Part shown: piece after piece, positions 1 to 7,938 of the stretch
How the letters are laid out: the number at the start of each line of letters is the position of its first letter
How positions within the stretch are numbered: position 1 is the stretch's first letter
Assembly (NCBI GenBank): GCA_020718925.1
Contig: DYRC01000004.1
Location: 2,235 to 39,807, forward strand
Direction of reading: 5' to 3'
From: Desulfonema limicola
Lineage (GTDB): Bacteria > Desulfobacterota > Desulfobacteria > Desulfobacterales > DYRC01
Length of the DNA stretch: 37,573 nucleotides
Program-made: the position numbers and the translations under genes
The notes under the pieces: model-generated
Databases searched by the model: none
The model's input: only the letters and a program-made list of their open reading frames with translations
Told to the model about the DNA's origin: nothing

Positions 1-1051
1 TTTCAATTTCGGCAAATTTTCTTTGAATCAGGCTTGATAATTCATTCTCTGTTTCTTTTCGGCGATCAGCTATATCCTGATGAACCTTTCTTAAAAATTC
101 AGCCTGCCAATTGTCATCATGGTCTCTGCCTTCCTTTTTTTCATAATCAATATTGCTCACAAAGTCAGCAAATTTTTTTAAAACAGTAGTCAGATTACCT
201 AATTCATTATCAATTTGTCTGAAGCGGTCAGCAAATCCTTTTTTCATGTTTTCAATATCAGAGGCTTTTGCCCGCTCGTTCGCTTCATGGTTGTTTTTTT
301 CATCTTCAACCGAGGTCTCAACCCGGACAAATCTCTCATGGACAGTCCCTATCCATTCATTTTCTGCTTTTTTCTGATCTTCAACAGCGGTTTCAAAACG
401 TGTTTTCAAATTTTCAATATCTGATCTTGCATAAGTCTCAAGTTCTACAAGTTTTTTTTGAATAAGAAGCAACTCGCTTTCTATCTTCTGATGTTTTGTC
501 AGAGTTTCGGCATTCTTCTTTTTTAAGTCTTCGATATGGTTTTCAACTTCGGTAAATCGCTTCTGAATAAGACGTAATTCGCTGTCTGTTTCCTTCTGGC
601 GCTGAGTGATCTCCTGATGTTTTGTCTGAATTTCGGTGTTCTTTTTTCGTTCTCCCCCGATATGGCTTTCAATTTCAGCAAGCTTTTTTTGAATAAGGCG
701 CAGTTCGTTCTCTGTTTCCTTTTGCTGATTGGCAATATCCTGAGTTTTTGTCAGCGTTTCGGTGTTTTTCTTTCGTTCTCCCCCGATATAGCCCTCAACT
801 TCGGCAAATTTTTTTCGGATAAGATACATTTCGTTTTCAACATCTTTTTGAGAAACAGATGTTTTTTGCGGTTTTTTCAGATTTTTTTTTGCAATTTCAA
901 GCTTTTGTTTGTATTTTGCCAGAATATTGTCAGGCAACGGCAGCAGCATGGTATTGAGTGTCGGATCATTTTCAATGTCCCACGCACAATGACGACAAAA
1001 GGACGGTATGGGTTCTGAAAGTTCGGATTCGCAAACAGGACATCGTTTCAT
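1..1051 (-). CDS. Zinc-ribbon plus coiled-coil repeat protein, partial (C-terminus runs off the window)
   Basis: Minus-strand frame is open from ATG at 1049-1051 to the window edge. GGAGG (rc of 1063-1067) lies 11 nt upstream. N-terminus is MKRCPVCESEL..FCRHCAW (CxxC..CxxC). The rest is K/E/Q-rich repeats such as LRLIQKKLAEIESHIGGERKKNTE. It is absent from the ORF track because no stop falls in the window. Confidence 0.6.
   Translation of the reverse strand, partial: MKRCPVCESELSEPIPSFCRHCAWDIENDPTLNTMLLPLPDNILAKYKQKLEIAKKNLKKPQKTSVSQKDVENEMYLIRKKFAEVEGYIGGERKKNTETLTKTQDIANQQKETENELRLIQKKLAEIESHIGGERKKNTEIQTKHQEITQRQKETDSELRLIQKRFTEVENHIEDLKKKNAETLTKHQKIESELLLIQKKLVELETYARSDIENLKTRFETAVEDQKKAENEWIGTVHERFVRVETSVEDEKNNHEANERAKASDIENMKKGFADRFRQIDNELGNLTTVLKKFADFVSNIDYEKKEGRDHDDNWQAEFLRKVHQDIADRRKETENELSSLIQRKFAEIE
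434..850 (-). repeat. In-frame tandem coding repeats (126-bp and 105-bp units) inside the coiled-coil gene
   Basis: TTCTCCCCCGATAT recurs at about 650 and 776. The block GG(T/C)TTTCAA(C/T)TTC(G/A)G..TTCTGAATAAG recurs at about 539, 664 and 790 (period 125-126). A related shorter unit starts at about 434, and a related word occurs at 1-33. Confidence 0.7.
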
Positions 1052-1135
1052 TATGAAAAATTCCTCCGATTATAACAGGCGTTTTACAAGCAGATAAAGA
1101 GCGTAGCCTACGCCCCATGATACTGAAAAGATAAT

Positions 1136-1234
1136 TCAGGGCATACAAAATCCCGTACCTTTGAGTTTGATCATCAGCAGTGCTGCCGCCGCCGATCCGC
1201 CGATAATACCTGTCCCTATGGCAATAGCTTCCAT
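1136..1234 (-). CDS. Possible 32-aa hydrophobic small protein (MEAIAIGTGIIGGSAAAALLMIKLKGTGFCMP)
   Basis: ATG at 1232-1234 (rc) has GGAGA 6-7 nt upstream. It starts 10 nt after the stop of the upstream GTPase-like gene. One predicted TM-like segment. Too short for the ORF track. Confidence 0.3.
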   Translation of the reverse strand: MEAIAIGTGIIGGSAAAALLMIKLKGTGFCMP

Positions 1235-1243
1235 ATTTATCTC

Positions 1244-2563
1244 CTATTTCTTTTCCATGCGCCGAAGCAGAATATCTTTTAAAAACGGCTCACTGTGATC
1301 CTGATATTCATATCGTACCCTGAGCGTGGGTTTATCAACAGACACCAAACCGGGCAGAAAAATCGGCGTTGCAAACAATACCAAATCGCAATCTGCCTGA
1401 TCAAGCGTTTTCTGCAAATCCTGAATCTGCTGTTCACCATATCCCATAGCCGGAACAACATTTCCGATATGCGGATATTTCTGATACACATCTTTAAGCG
1501 ATCCTGCGGCATAAGGTCTGGGATCGATAATTTCCGCCGCTTCATATTGACGGGCTGCAATCACACCTGCCCCGAATGCCATTCCGCCGTGCGTGAGCGT
1601 GGGTCCGTCTTCCACCACCACCACCCGCTTCCCTTTGATCAGTTCGGGCTGGCTGACGATGAGCGAAGATTCGGCAAAAACAATCTCTGCTTTTTTGGCA
1701 TACGTTTCGATATTTTTGCGGACAATCTCAATATTTTCAGGACTTGCAGAATCCACTTTATTGATAATAGCAATGTCTGCCATGAGCATGTTGGTTTCAC
1801 CCGGATAATACAGCCGCTCATGCCCCGCACGATGCGGATCAAACAACACAATATGCAGATCCGAAAAATAAAACGGCGTGTCATTATTGCCCCCGTCCCA
1901 GATAATCACATCAGCCTCAGATTCGGCGGCTTTGAGAATCTGCCCGTAATCCACGCCCGCATAAACCACAATGCCCCGCTCCACGATTGGCTCGTATTCT
2001 TCCCGCTCCTCAATGGTGCAGTGATGCGTTTCAAAATCCTGATAAGACGAAAATCGCTGAACAATTTGTTGTTTCAAATCTCCGTAAGGCATGGGATGGC
2101 GCACCACCACCACCTTCCTGCCCTGCGCTTGCAGAATCTCTGCTACTTTCCGGGTGGTGGGAGATTTTCCGCATCCGGTTCGGACCGCGCATACAGATAT
2201 GACCGGCTTTGAGGATTTGAGCATGGTATAGGTTGCGCCGATCAGTGTGAAATCTGCGCCATGCGCCATGACCAATGCGGCTTTGTGCATCACTTCGATA
2301 TGAGAAATATCGCTGTATGAAAAAGCGACCAGATCAATTTTATGCAGGCGGATCAATTCCGCCAATTCTTCTTCCGGATAAACAGGAATGCCATCAGGAT
2401 ATAATTGTCCTGATAATTCAGGCGGATATAAGCGTCCTTCGATATTGGGAATTTGTGCGGCAGTAAATGCGATGACTTTATATCGCGGATTATCCCTGAA
2501 ATAAATATTGAAATTGTGAAAATCCCTGCCTGCCGCGCCCATGATGATAACTTTCTCAATCAT
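1244..2563 (-). CDS. COG2403-type predicted GTPase / cyclic 2,3-diphosphoglycerate synthetase-like protein
   Basis: ORF 1244..2647. I prefer the start MIEKVIIMGAAGRDFHNFN at 2563, which has GGAGAGAG upstream. P-loop-like VRTGCGKSPTT; NKVD motif (IINKVD). Overall layout is typical of this family. Confidence 0.8.
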   Translation of the reverse strand: MIEKVIIMGAAGRDFHNFNIYFRDNPRYKVIAFTAAQIPNIEGRLYPPELSGQLYPDGIPVYPEEELAELIRLHKIDLVAFSYSDISHIEVMHKAALVMAHGADFTLIGATYTMLKSSKPVISVCAVRTGCGKSPTTRKVAEILQAQGRKVVVVRHPMPYGDLKQQIVQRFSSYQDFETHHCTIEEREEYEPIVERGIVVYAGVDYGQILKAAESEADVIIWDGGNNDTPFYFSDLHIVLFDPHRAGHERLYYPGETNMLMADIAIINKVDSASPENIEIVRKNIETYAKKAEIVFAESSLIVSQPELIKGKRVVVVEDGPTLTHGGMAFGAGVIAARQYEAAEIIDPRPYAAGSLKDVYQKYPHIGNVVPAMGYGEQQIQDLQKTLDQADCDLVLFATPIFLPGLVSVDKPTLRVRYEYQDHSEPFLKDILLRRMEKK

Positions 2564-2709
2564 AAAAAGCTCTCTCCTTCTTCCGAATCGCTTTTCTGTT
2601 TTACAGATTTCGGAATATGTTTTATATTGTGTTTGCAGAAATATCAATAAAAAAACTGTCTTGATTCATAATCCTGAATCATGCTATCGTTCAATAAGGT
2701 TATACAAAA

Positions 2710-2826
2710 GCACCCCTCCCCCCGGCCCCTCCCCTGAAAGGAGAGGGGAGCAGTGATGATGTCTCCCCCTTCCCTTTCAGGGAAGGGGGACGGGGGGTTA
2801 GGTGGGTTTGAAAGCGATTTGGTATT
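2710..2826 (+). repeat. C/G-rich double-hairpin repeat, copy 1 (variant A)
   Basis: GCACCCCTCCCC..CCCCTCCCCTGAAAGGAGAGGGG..CCCCTTCCCTTTCAGGGAAGGGG..GGGGTTAGGTGGGTTTGAAAGCGATTTGGTAT. Nearly identical to 7944-8058. Lies between divergent genes, 22 nt upstream of the cbiK RBS. Confidence 0.85.
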
Positions 2827-2860
2827 AATATATCTTTTCAGACAGATAGGGAGGCTGATC

Positions 2861-3616
2861 ATGAATATTCCGATTGTGATGGCAGCATTCGGCACAGGTA
2901 CCCAAGCAAAAAAAACTTACGATATCATTGACCGGATTGCATCAGAAAAATTTTCGGGACATGAACTTGTATGGGCGTATACCTCCCGCACGGTCAAGCG
3001 GCGGTTTCAGGACTTGAAATCTCCCCGGCAGGTACTGAATGAGTTGAAAGACAAGGGGCATACATGGGCGGTGGTGCAGTCATTGCACGTTGTCTGCGGA
3101 CATGAATTTCACCGGCTGATGGAAGAAATCAGCGACGTTGACATCAGGCTGTCCATCGGGCTTCCGCTGTTGATCAGCCCTGAAGATTATGAGATGGTCA
3201 TCAGTGTGGTAACGCCGCTTCTGCCTTCGGACATGACACAGGAAGCCGCTGTTCTGATCGGACATGGCACGGATCATCCGTCATGGACCGCATATCCGGC
3301 ATTGGCATATCTGCTGCGGGAACGATTCGGGCAGAAAATTTATCTGGGGCTGGTGGAAGAAGGCTATCCTACGCGTGAATCGGTTATCGCATCGGTAAAA
3401 GCAGCCGGATTCACGCGCGTTAAGCTGATTCCCTTTATGCTGGTGGCGGGAATTCATTTTCAGCAAGACCTGATGGGACAGGAAGATTCATGGAAAACCG
3501 CCTTTGAAGCCCAAGGCATATCGGTGTCCGCAGACAACAGCGGGCTTGGCTGCTATGATGATATTATTCAGATTTACTGCCAGCATATCCGCGATGCCTT
3601 AAATGTGATTCCCTGA
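2861..3616 (+). CDS. cbiK: Sirohydrochlorin cobaltochelatase/ferrochelatase, CbiK type
   Basis: ATG at 2861 with AGGGAGG at 2848-2854. MNIPIVMAAFGT...VVQSLHVVCGHEF...IGHGTDHP...IPFMLVAGIHF matches the anaerobic CbiK layout. The 36-aa extension in the track (from 2753) is a translation of the repeat. Confidence 0.85.
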   Translation: MNIPIVMAAFGTGTQAKKTYDIIDRIASEKFSGHELVWAYTSRTVKRRFQDLKSPRQVLNELKDKGHTWAVVQSLHVVCGHEFHRLMEEISDVDIRLSIGLPLLISPEDYEMVISVVTPLLPSDMTQEAAVLIGHGTDHPSWTAYPALAYLLRERFGQKIYLGLVEEGYPTRESVIASVKAAGFTRVKLIPFMLVAGIHFQQDLMGQEDSWKTAFEAQGISVSADNSGLGCYDDIIQIYCQHIRDALNVIP

Positions 3617-3617
3617 T

Positions 3618-5306
3618 ATGACAGAACAAGACGACATAGCAGATAGCAAAGAAATTGCGGCCGCTGAAAAAATCATCTCCGCGCTGCTGATAGCGGTTAA
3701 AAATTCGGCACTTTATCCCGAACACCATGAGAGTTATCTTAAATCCGTTGAAAATCTCAGATTGCTGTTTGCCGAATTTTTCAAAGTTTGTGAGTATCTG
3801 AGATGGTATGTGGAAAAAGACCATCTGATATTCAAAGGTCAGGTCATCCGGCATGATGGGGAAAACCTCTCATCTGTCTTGTTTCGGGATGGCATCCGGT
3901 GGATAGAAATCAGAAAAGGCATCGAATCTGATGAAATCACGGGCTTTCTGAAAATTCTCAAAGACTACCGGGTGTTGAGCGATAACGCGGACGGCGATCT
4001 GGCAACCGCATTATGGGAGGCAAATTTTTCTCATATTCTGTATGAGGCAGAAGACGCTTTTCGGAATGCTGACCCGATTGATGCGGCGATGCTGATGGGG
4101 ATGCCAGAGGGTATGCCTGAAACAACGCCGGACAAAGAAAACCATGATCCCGAATACGTCCATGCGCCGCAAGAAGCCCCGACTCATGCGCCCCTGCCAT
4201 TATCCGCTGATCTGTGGCAGCTCAGTTCACAGGAAACGCTTGAACTTCAGCGAATGGTCATCAAAGAGGAAAATGACGTCAAAACCAAAGATGTGCTGGA
4301 TATACTGCTGATTATCCTTAAAGAACAGCATAGCGAACAGGAATTTTCAAACATTCTTGACTTTATCAAAGACGAATTTCGGCAAAGCCTGATGCAGTGC
4401 GAGTTTGAATTGGCGCATCTGATGCTCGGACGGATGCAGGAATTTAAGCGGGTCTGCCAATCTGAAAGTCAGTCAAAAGCGTCATTGCTTCAGAATTTTT
4501 TTACTGCGGTATCAGGCGTCGAAGTCTTGGGGGTGCTTTATAAAGTTCGTCCTGCGCTGGAGATTGCCAATCCCGAAAGGATCAGAGCATTTCGTAAAAT
4601 GTTCAATTTTTTACGCCCCGAAGCAACTATATCGCTCGCGCCCATGGTTGCTGTCATCAAAAATCCGCAACTGCGCCGTGCGGTCATGGAAATTATCGGG
4701 GCTTTGGCAAGCAAGGACATCCGCCCTTTGGAAAAACTTCTGGAAAGTTCGGAAGAAGAGCTGGTTCATCGTCTGGTGTTTATCATGGGAAAGCTCAAAG
4801 GTAAAAAAATCGGTGAGTTATTGCTGAAAATGATCGGGCATCCTTCGGAAGCTGTTCGCAGAGAAGCTTTAAATTCGCTGATGTCAGGAGACAATGAGTC
4901 TGTGAGCCTGCTGTTTACACTGCTTGACAATGACTCTGAAATGATTCGTGAGATGGTTTCAGAACATCTGTATCGGAAAAAATACCCGGATATTGAGGAG
5001 CAGATGTTGGATTATCTTGAACATCGCCGCTTCAGATATAAAGAGCAGAAGCATATTTCAGCCTGCTATAAGATATTGGGGCGAAGCGGTTCTTCAAAAT
5101 CCCTTGTTTTTTTGGAAAAAGTATTGTTTGATAAACCCTGGGCGTCTTTACTCGGCATTGAAAACGCTTATGAACGGGATGGCGCGGCAGCGGCATTAGC
5201 CGAAATGGGAACAGAAGAAGCCAACAGCCTTCTTGCCAGAGCTTCCCGAAATCCGTTCCCTGCTGTGCGGCGGGCATATAAAAAAGCAACTGAGGACATC
5301 GTATGA
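3618..5306 (+). CDS. HEAT-repeat protein whose N-terminal module is paralogous to that of the downstream HD-GYP protein
   Basis: Starts 1 nt after the cbiK stop. The C-terminal half has HEAT/PBS-lyase-like repeats (HPSEAVRREALNSL.., NDSEMIREMV.., NPFPAVRRAYKKA). Confidence 0.7.
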   Translation: MTEQDDIADSKEIAAAEKIISALLIAVKNSALYPEHHESYLKSVENLRLLFAEFFKVCEYLRWYVEKDHLIFKGQVIRHDGENLSSVLFRDGIRWIEIRKGIESDEITGFLKILKDYRVLSDNADGDLATALWEANFSHILYEAEDAFRNADPIDAAMLMGMPEGMPETTPDKENHDPEYVHAPQEAPTHAPLPLSADLWQLSSQETLELQRMVIKEENDVKTKDVLDILLIILKEQHSEQEFSNILDFIKDEFRQSLMQCEFELAHLMLGRMQEFKRVCQSESQSKASLLQNFFTAVSGVEVLGVLYKVRPALEIANPERIRAFRKMFNFLRPEATISLAPMVAVIKNPQLRRAVMEIIGALASKDIRPLEKLLESSEEELVHRLVFIMGKLKGKKIGELLLKMIGHPSEAVRREALNSLMSGDNESVSLLFTLLDNDSEMIREMVSEHLYRKKYPDIEEQMLDYLEHRRFRYKEQKHISACYKILGRSGSSKSLVFLEKVLFDKPWASLLGIENAYERDGAAAALAEMGTEEANSLLARASRNPFPAVRRAYKKATEDIV

Positions 5307-6742
5307 CAGATGAAAACATCAGCCTGAATACGGACGATCAGCTTCCCAGCCGGGAGCAGTTTGTCAGAGCATTTTACAAAATTCTTCAATCTCTGAGAAT
5401 TCATCGTGAAAACAACCAATTGCTCACAGAATCGGTTCATGATTTTATACGTCTGCTGCACCGGATAGGAGATGAGCAAGGTTCGCTGACGGTTCGCTTT
5501 ATTCGGGGAAGGCTGTATCTTCAGGAAGAAAGACTGCTCTATCGCCGGGAAACCGTCAATCTTTTTGACAATCTGATGAGCTATTTTGAAAAACGGGGAC
5601 TTCAGGGCATACGGTTTTATCCGCATATTGAAAATAAAGATATGACGGAAGTTTTAGTGTTGGCAGCGATTTTAAATCAGGCGGAACAAAAAAAAGAGCC
5701 GCTGGCTTGGCTGAGTCATGAAATTCAGGAAGAAGGATTTTCATGGGTTGAAATTATCAAATCAGACGCCAAATCTTTTGAATCCCGCAGGCACAAGAGT
5801 GAAAAAGCTCTTAAAACTTATGCTTACGCCTTGGAATCTGTTCAGGAGATTACACAGAAATTATCTGCCGGATCACGAGTCGGCATCGGGAGAACACTGC
5901 GGATCACTCAGAATATGGTGGACCTGATGATGGAAGATGAGCCGCTGTTTCTGGCACTCAGCACCATCAGGATGTATGATGACTATACATACCGGCATTC
6001 CCTCAACGTGGCAATTCTTTCAATGTGTATCGGCAAATACATAGGACTTTCCCGAAGATCGCTGGAACAACTCGGACTGTGCGGACTGCTGCATGATCTG
6101 GGGAAAATTATGGTTCCCAAGCATATTCTGAGCAAGCCCGGAAAACTGACGCAGGAAGAATTTGAAGAAATGAAAAAGCATGTATTGAACAGCGTCCGCC
6201 AGATTGTAAAAATTCACGGTTCATCAGAGCGCAAGGCAAAACTGCTGCTTCCTCCGTTTGAACATCATCTCAGATACGATTTGTCAGGATACCCCCAGAC
6301 GCATCGGCATGAACCGCTCACTCTTTTCGGGCGAATTATTGCGATTGCCGATGTATATGATGCCACGACCTCTCCCAGAGTGTATCGCCGCAACGCCATG
6401 CCGCCGGATCAGGCATTGGGCATGATGTCTGCCCACGCCGGAACGCATTTTGATCCGATTCTGCTCAAAGTGTTTATCAATATGGTCGGCGTTTATCCCA
6501 TCGGAACGCTGTTGGAATTGGACAGCAAAGAACTTGCCATCGTGGTTCGTGCCGCAGATAATCCGGATAAAACAAGACCCACCGTCATGCTGCTGTCTTC
6601 TGATGAAAACGGGGGATTTAAAAAGGGAAAAATTGCGGATTTGAACGAAAAAGACCCGCGCACCGGCGATCATAAGAGAAATATCGTCAGAAGCTTAGTT
6701 CCTTCGGATTACGCGATTCAACCTGCGGCATTTCTTCTGTGA
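5303..6742 (+). CDS. HD-GYP domain c-di-GMP phosphodiesterase
   Basis: ATGA start/stop overlap with the upstream gene; GAGGA RBS. Motifs: HSLNVA..; GLLHDLGK; FEHHLRYDLSGYPQ (HD..HHExxDGxGYP pattern); IADVYDA. Confidence 0.85.
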   Translation: MTDENISLNTDDQLPSREQFVRAFYKILQSLRIHRENNQLLTESVHDFIRLLHRIGDEQGSLTVRFIRGRLYLQEERLLYRRETVNLFDNLMSYFEKRGLQGIRFYPHIENKDMTEVLVLAAILNQAEQKKEPLAWLSHEIQEEGFSWVEIIKSDAKSFESRRHKSEKALKTYAYALESVQEITQKLSAGSRVGIGRTLRITQNMVDLMMEDEPLFLALSTIRMYDDYTYRHSLNVAILSMCIGKYIGLSRRSLEQLGLCGLLHDLGKIMVPKHILSKPGKLTQEEFEEMKKHVLNSVRQIVKIHGSSERKAKLLLPPFEHHLRYDLSGYPQTHRHEPLTLFGRIIAIADVYDATTSPRVYRRNAMPPDQALGMMSAHAGTHFDPILLKVFINMVGVYPIGTLLELDSKELAIVVRAADNPDKTRPTVMLLSSDENGGFKKGKIADLNEKDPRTGDHKRNIVRSLVPSDYAIQPAAFLL

Positions 6743-6745
6743 AGT

Positions 6746-7093
6746 TTAAAGGATTTCCCGTTCTCTGAGAAACGACATGGCTTGCTGGGCAATACTCGTA
6801 ACTTCGGTCAGCGCCTTGGTCAGATGAAAAACAGCATCCTGCGCCGCGCCGGAATGGAGCATGACCAATGCCGTATCCATAGAACGCTGTGCGTCTGCCC
6901 AACGATCATTCGGCGCCATACGCCGGGCAACAAGAAATTCAGTGGCAGTCATTTCCGCAAACAGAGTGATTATTTTTTCACCCCCCGGCAGGTCTTCCGG
7001 CTGAAGTGATAGGACAGCATTACTGACCCAGATCAGACCGGATTTGATTTTTTCGCTTTGAGAAAACGCAATCACAGCTTCCCGAACATTCAT
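6746..7093 (-). CDS. Hypothetical protein (115 aa)
   Basis: Clean ORF with AAGGA upstream of the ATG. No motif recognised. Convergent with the HD-GYP gene (3-nt gap). Confidence 0.5.
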   Translation of the reverse strand: MNVREAVIAFSQSEKIKSGLIWVSNAVLSLQPEDLPGGEKIITLFAEMTATEFLVARRMAPNDRWADAQRSMDTALVMLHSGAAQDAVFHLTKALTEVTSIAQQAMSFLREREIL

Positions 7094-7104
7094 TATAATT
7101 TTCC

Positions 7105-7139
7105 TTAAAAGGAGTGCAAAAGCAGAACCTTTGCACTCC
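7105..7139 (-). terminator. Rho-independent terminator after the ABM gene
   Basis: Perfect 10-bp stem GGAGTGCAAA/TTTGCACTCC (7111-7139) with a 9-nt loop. It is followed on the minus strand by TTTTAA. Lies 9 nt downstream of the stop at 7148. Confidence 0.6.
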
Positions 7140-7147
7140 GAAACCGG

Positions 7148-7432
7148 TTAATATTCATACAATTCGTACTCTGTTCCCGTACCCAGAAAAACATCTATTT
7201 TGGACTGAATTTCTTTGCGCTCACTGCTCATGACCCATTTGCGCCAATCTTCAACCGACTGCCATGTGCTGATGACCAGCGTCTCTTCAGGCTTATCCAG
7301 ACGTTTCAGGGTTTCGCCGGAAATATAGCCGGGCTGGTTCATGGTGTGCGTTCTTAATTGTCTCAGCAATTCAAGAAGCTTACTTTCCAGATTCTGCGGC
7401 ACTTTCCGTTTGATAAGAACTTTAACTGCCAT
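7148..7432 (-). CDS. Antibiotic-biosynthesis-monooxygenase (ABM) domain protein
   Basis: 94 aa with AAGGAG RBS. Pattern ..QPGYISGETL...ETLVISTWQSVEDWRKW...S.ER is typical of ABM/Dabb-fold proteins. Confidence 0.7.
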   Translation of the reverse strand: MAVKVLIKRKVPQNLESKLLELLRQLRTHTMNQPGYISGETLKRLDKPEETLVISTWQSVEDWRKWVMSSERKEIQSKIDVFLGTGTEYELYEY

Positions 7433-7448
7433 AATAAATCTCCTTTGA

Positions 7449-7733
7449 TCATAATGGGTTATTTAAAAACTCCCGCACTGCCGGCACAAGATAAACCTCT
7501 TCTATGGGCATCTGGCACAGACATGCGGCAATCTCCTGATTTTTTTTATGAAGCGGAATATGCTTATCCAGAATAAAGATATATTTTCCCCTGACTTTGC
7601 ACAATCCGCTTCTGATATTCATGCCTGCCTGCTGAAAGCTTCGCTCTGATACGGCTATGCCCAGTTTTTCAGCAGTTTCTTTTAATGCCTGATATAATTG
7701 ATCCGGCTTCATGGCGTTAGGATTATATTTCAC
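7449..7733 (-). CDS. Hypothetical protein (94 aa)
   Basis: Intact ORF directly upstream of the ABM gene. TTGCAA..TATAAT lies just upstream (rc of 7737-7767), so the start could be leaderless or the internal M8. Confidence 0.5.
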   Translation of the reverse strand: MKYNPNAMKPDQLYQALKETAEKLGIAVSERSFQQAGMNIRSGLCKVRGKYIFILDKHIPLHKKNQEIAACLCQMPIEEVYLVPAVREFLNNPL

Positions 7734-7797
7734 AGTTGTTCTGATTTTGCAAGCCTGAAAACAACATAAATTTTATGAATCAGGATGTAGGGCTGAT

Positions 7798-7847
7798 GAC
7801 GGATTGAAGGATCTGTAATTATCCTTATAAAATCCTTCAATCCTGAT
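7798..7847 (+). repeat. Small palindromic repeat, copy A (GACGGATTGAAGGAT..ATCCTTATAAAATCCTTCAATCCTGAT)
   Basis: Shares both arms with 8416-8481. The arms GGATTGAAGGA and TCCTTCAATCC are inverted complements. Confidence 0.75.
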
Positions 7848-7938
7848 AACCCTACAACGTCATTTACAGAAGTAACTCCTGTGATTTTCTTTTTCTATGT
7901 GAAAGATAGGCACGATGATTTCTCATACTGATTCGCTA

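Noticed and set aside
434-850. Regularly spaced repeats that could suggest a CRISPR array
   Set aside because: The period is 126/105 bp with no short conserved repeat and unique spacer organisation. The units are in frame within an open reading frame and encode related peptide repeats.
617-1018. 133-aa plus-strand ORF (and 523-735 on the minus strand in another frame)
   Set aside because: They overlap the long minus-strand coiled-coil frame. Their F/L-rich translations are by-products of the K/E-rich repeats on the other strand or frame.
1295-2212. 305-aa plus-strand ORF
   Set aside because: It lies entirely antisense to the well-supported GTPase-like gene (1244-2563). It has an R/F/I-rich low-complexity translation, no RBS and no recognisable motif, so it is a shadow ORF.
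2564-2860. Possible cobalamin riboswitch upstream of cbiK
   Set aside because: The interval is occupied by the repeat element. I could not find a B12-box-like GCCACTG core or the expected conserved helices.
2644-2895. 83-aa minus-strand ORF, and the 36-aa N-terminal extension of cbiK from 2753
   Set aside because: Both are translations of the palindromic C/G-rich repeat (PLSFQGRGRGEG-type peptides). A good RBS plus ATG at 2861 fits the CbiK N-terminus.
5168-5626. 152-aa minus-strand ORF (likewise 6284-6673, 19927-20448, 17563-18006, 35622-35993 and 37044-37469)
   Set aside because: Each is fully embedded antisense in a motif-supported gene, so these are typical shadow ORFs.
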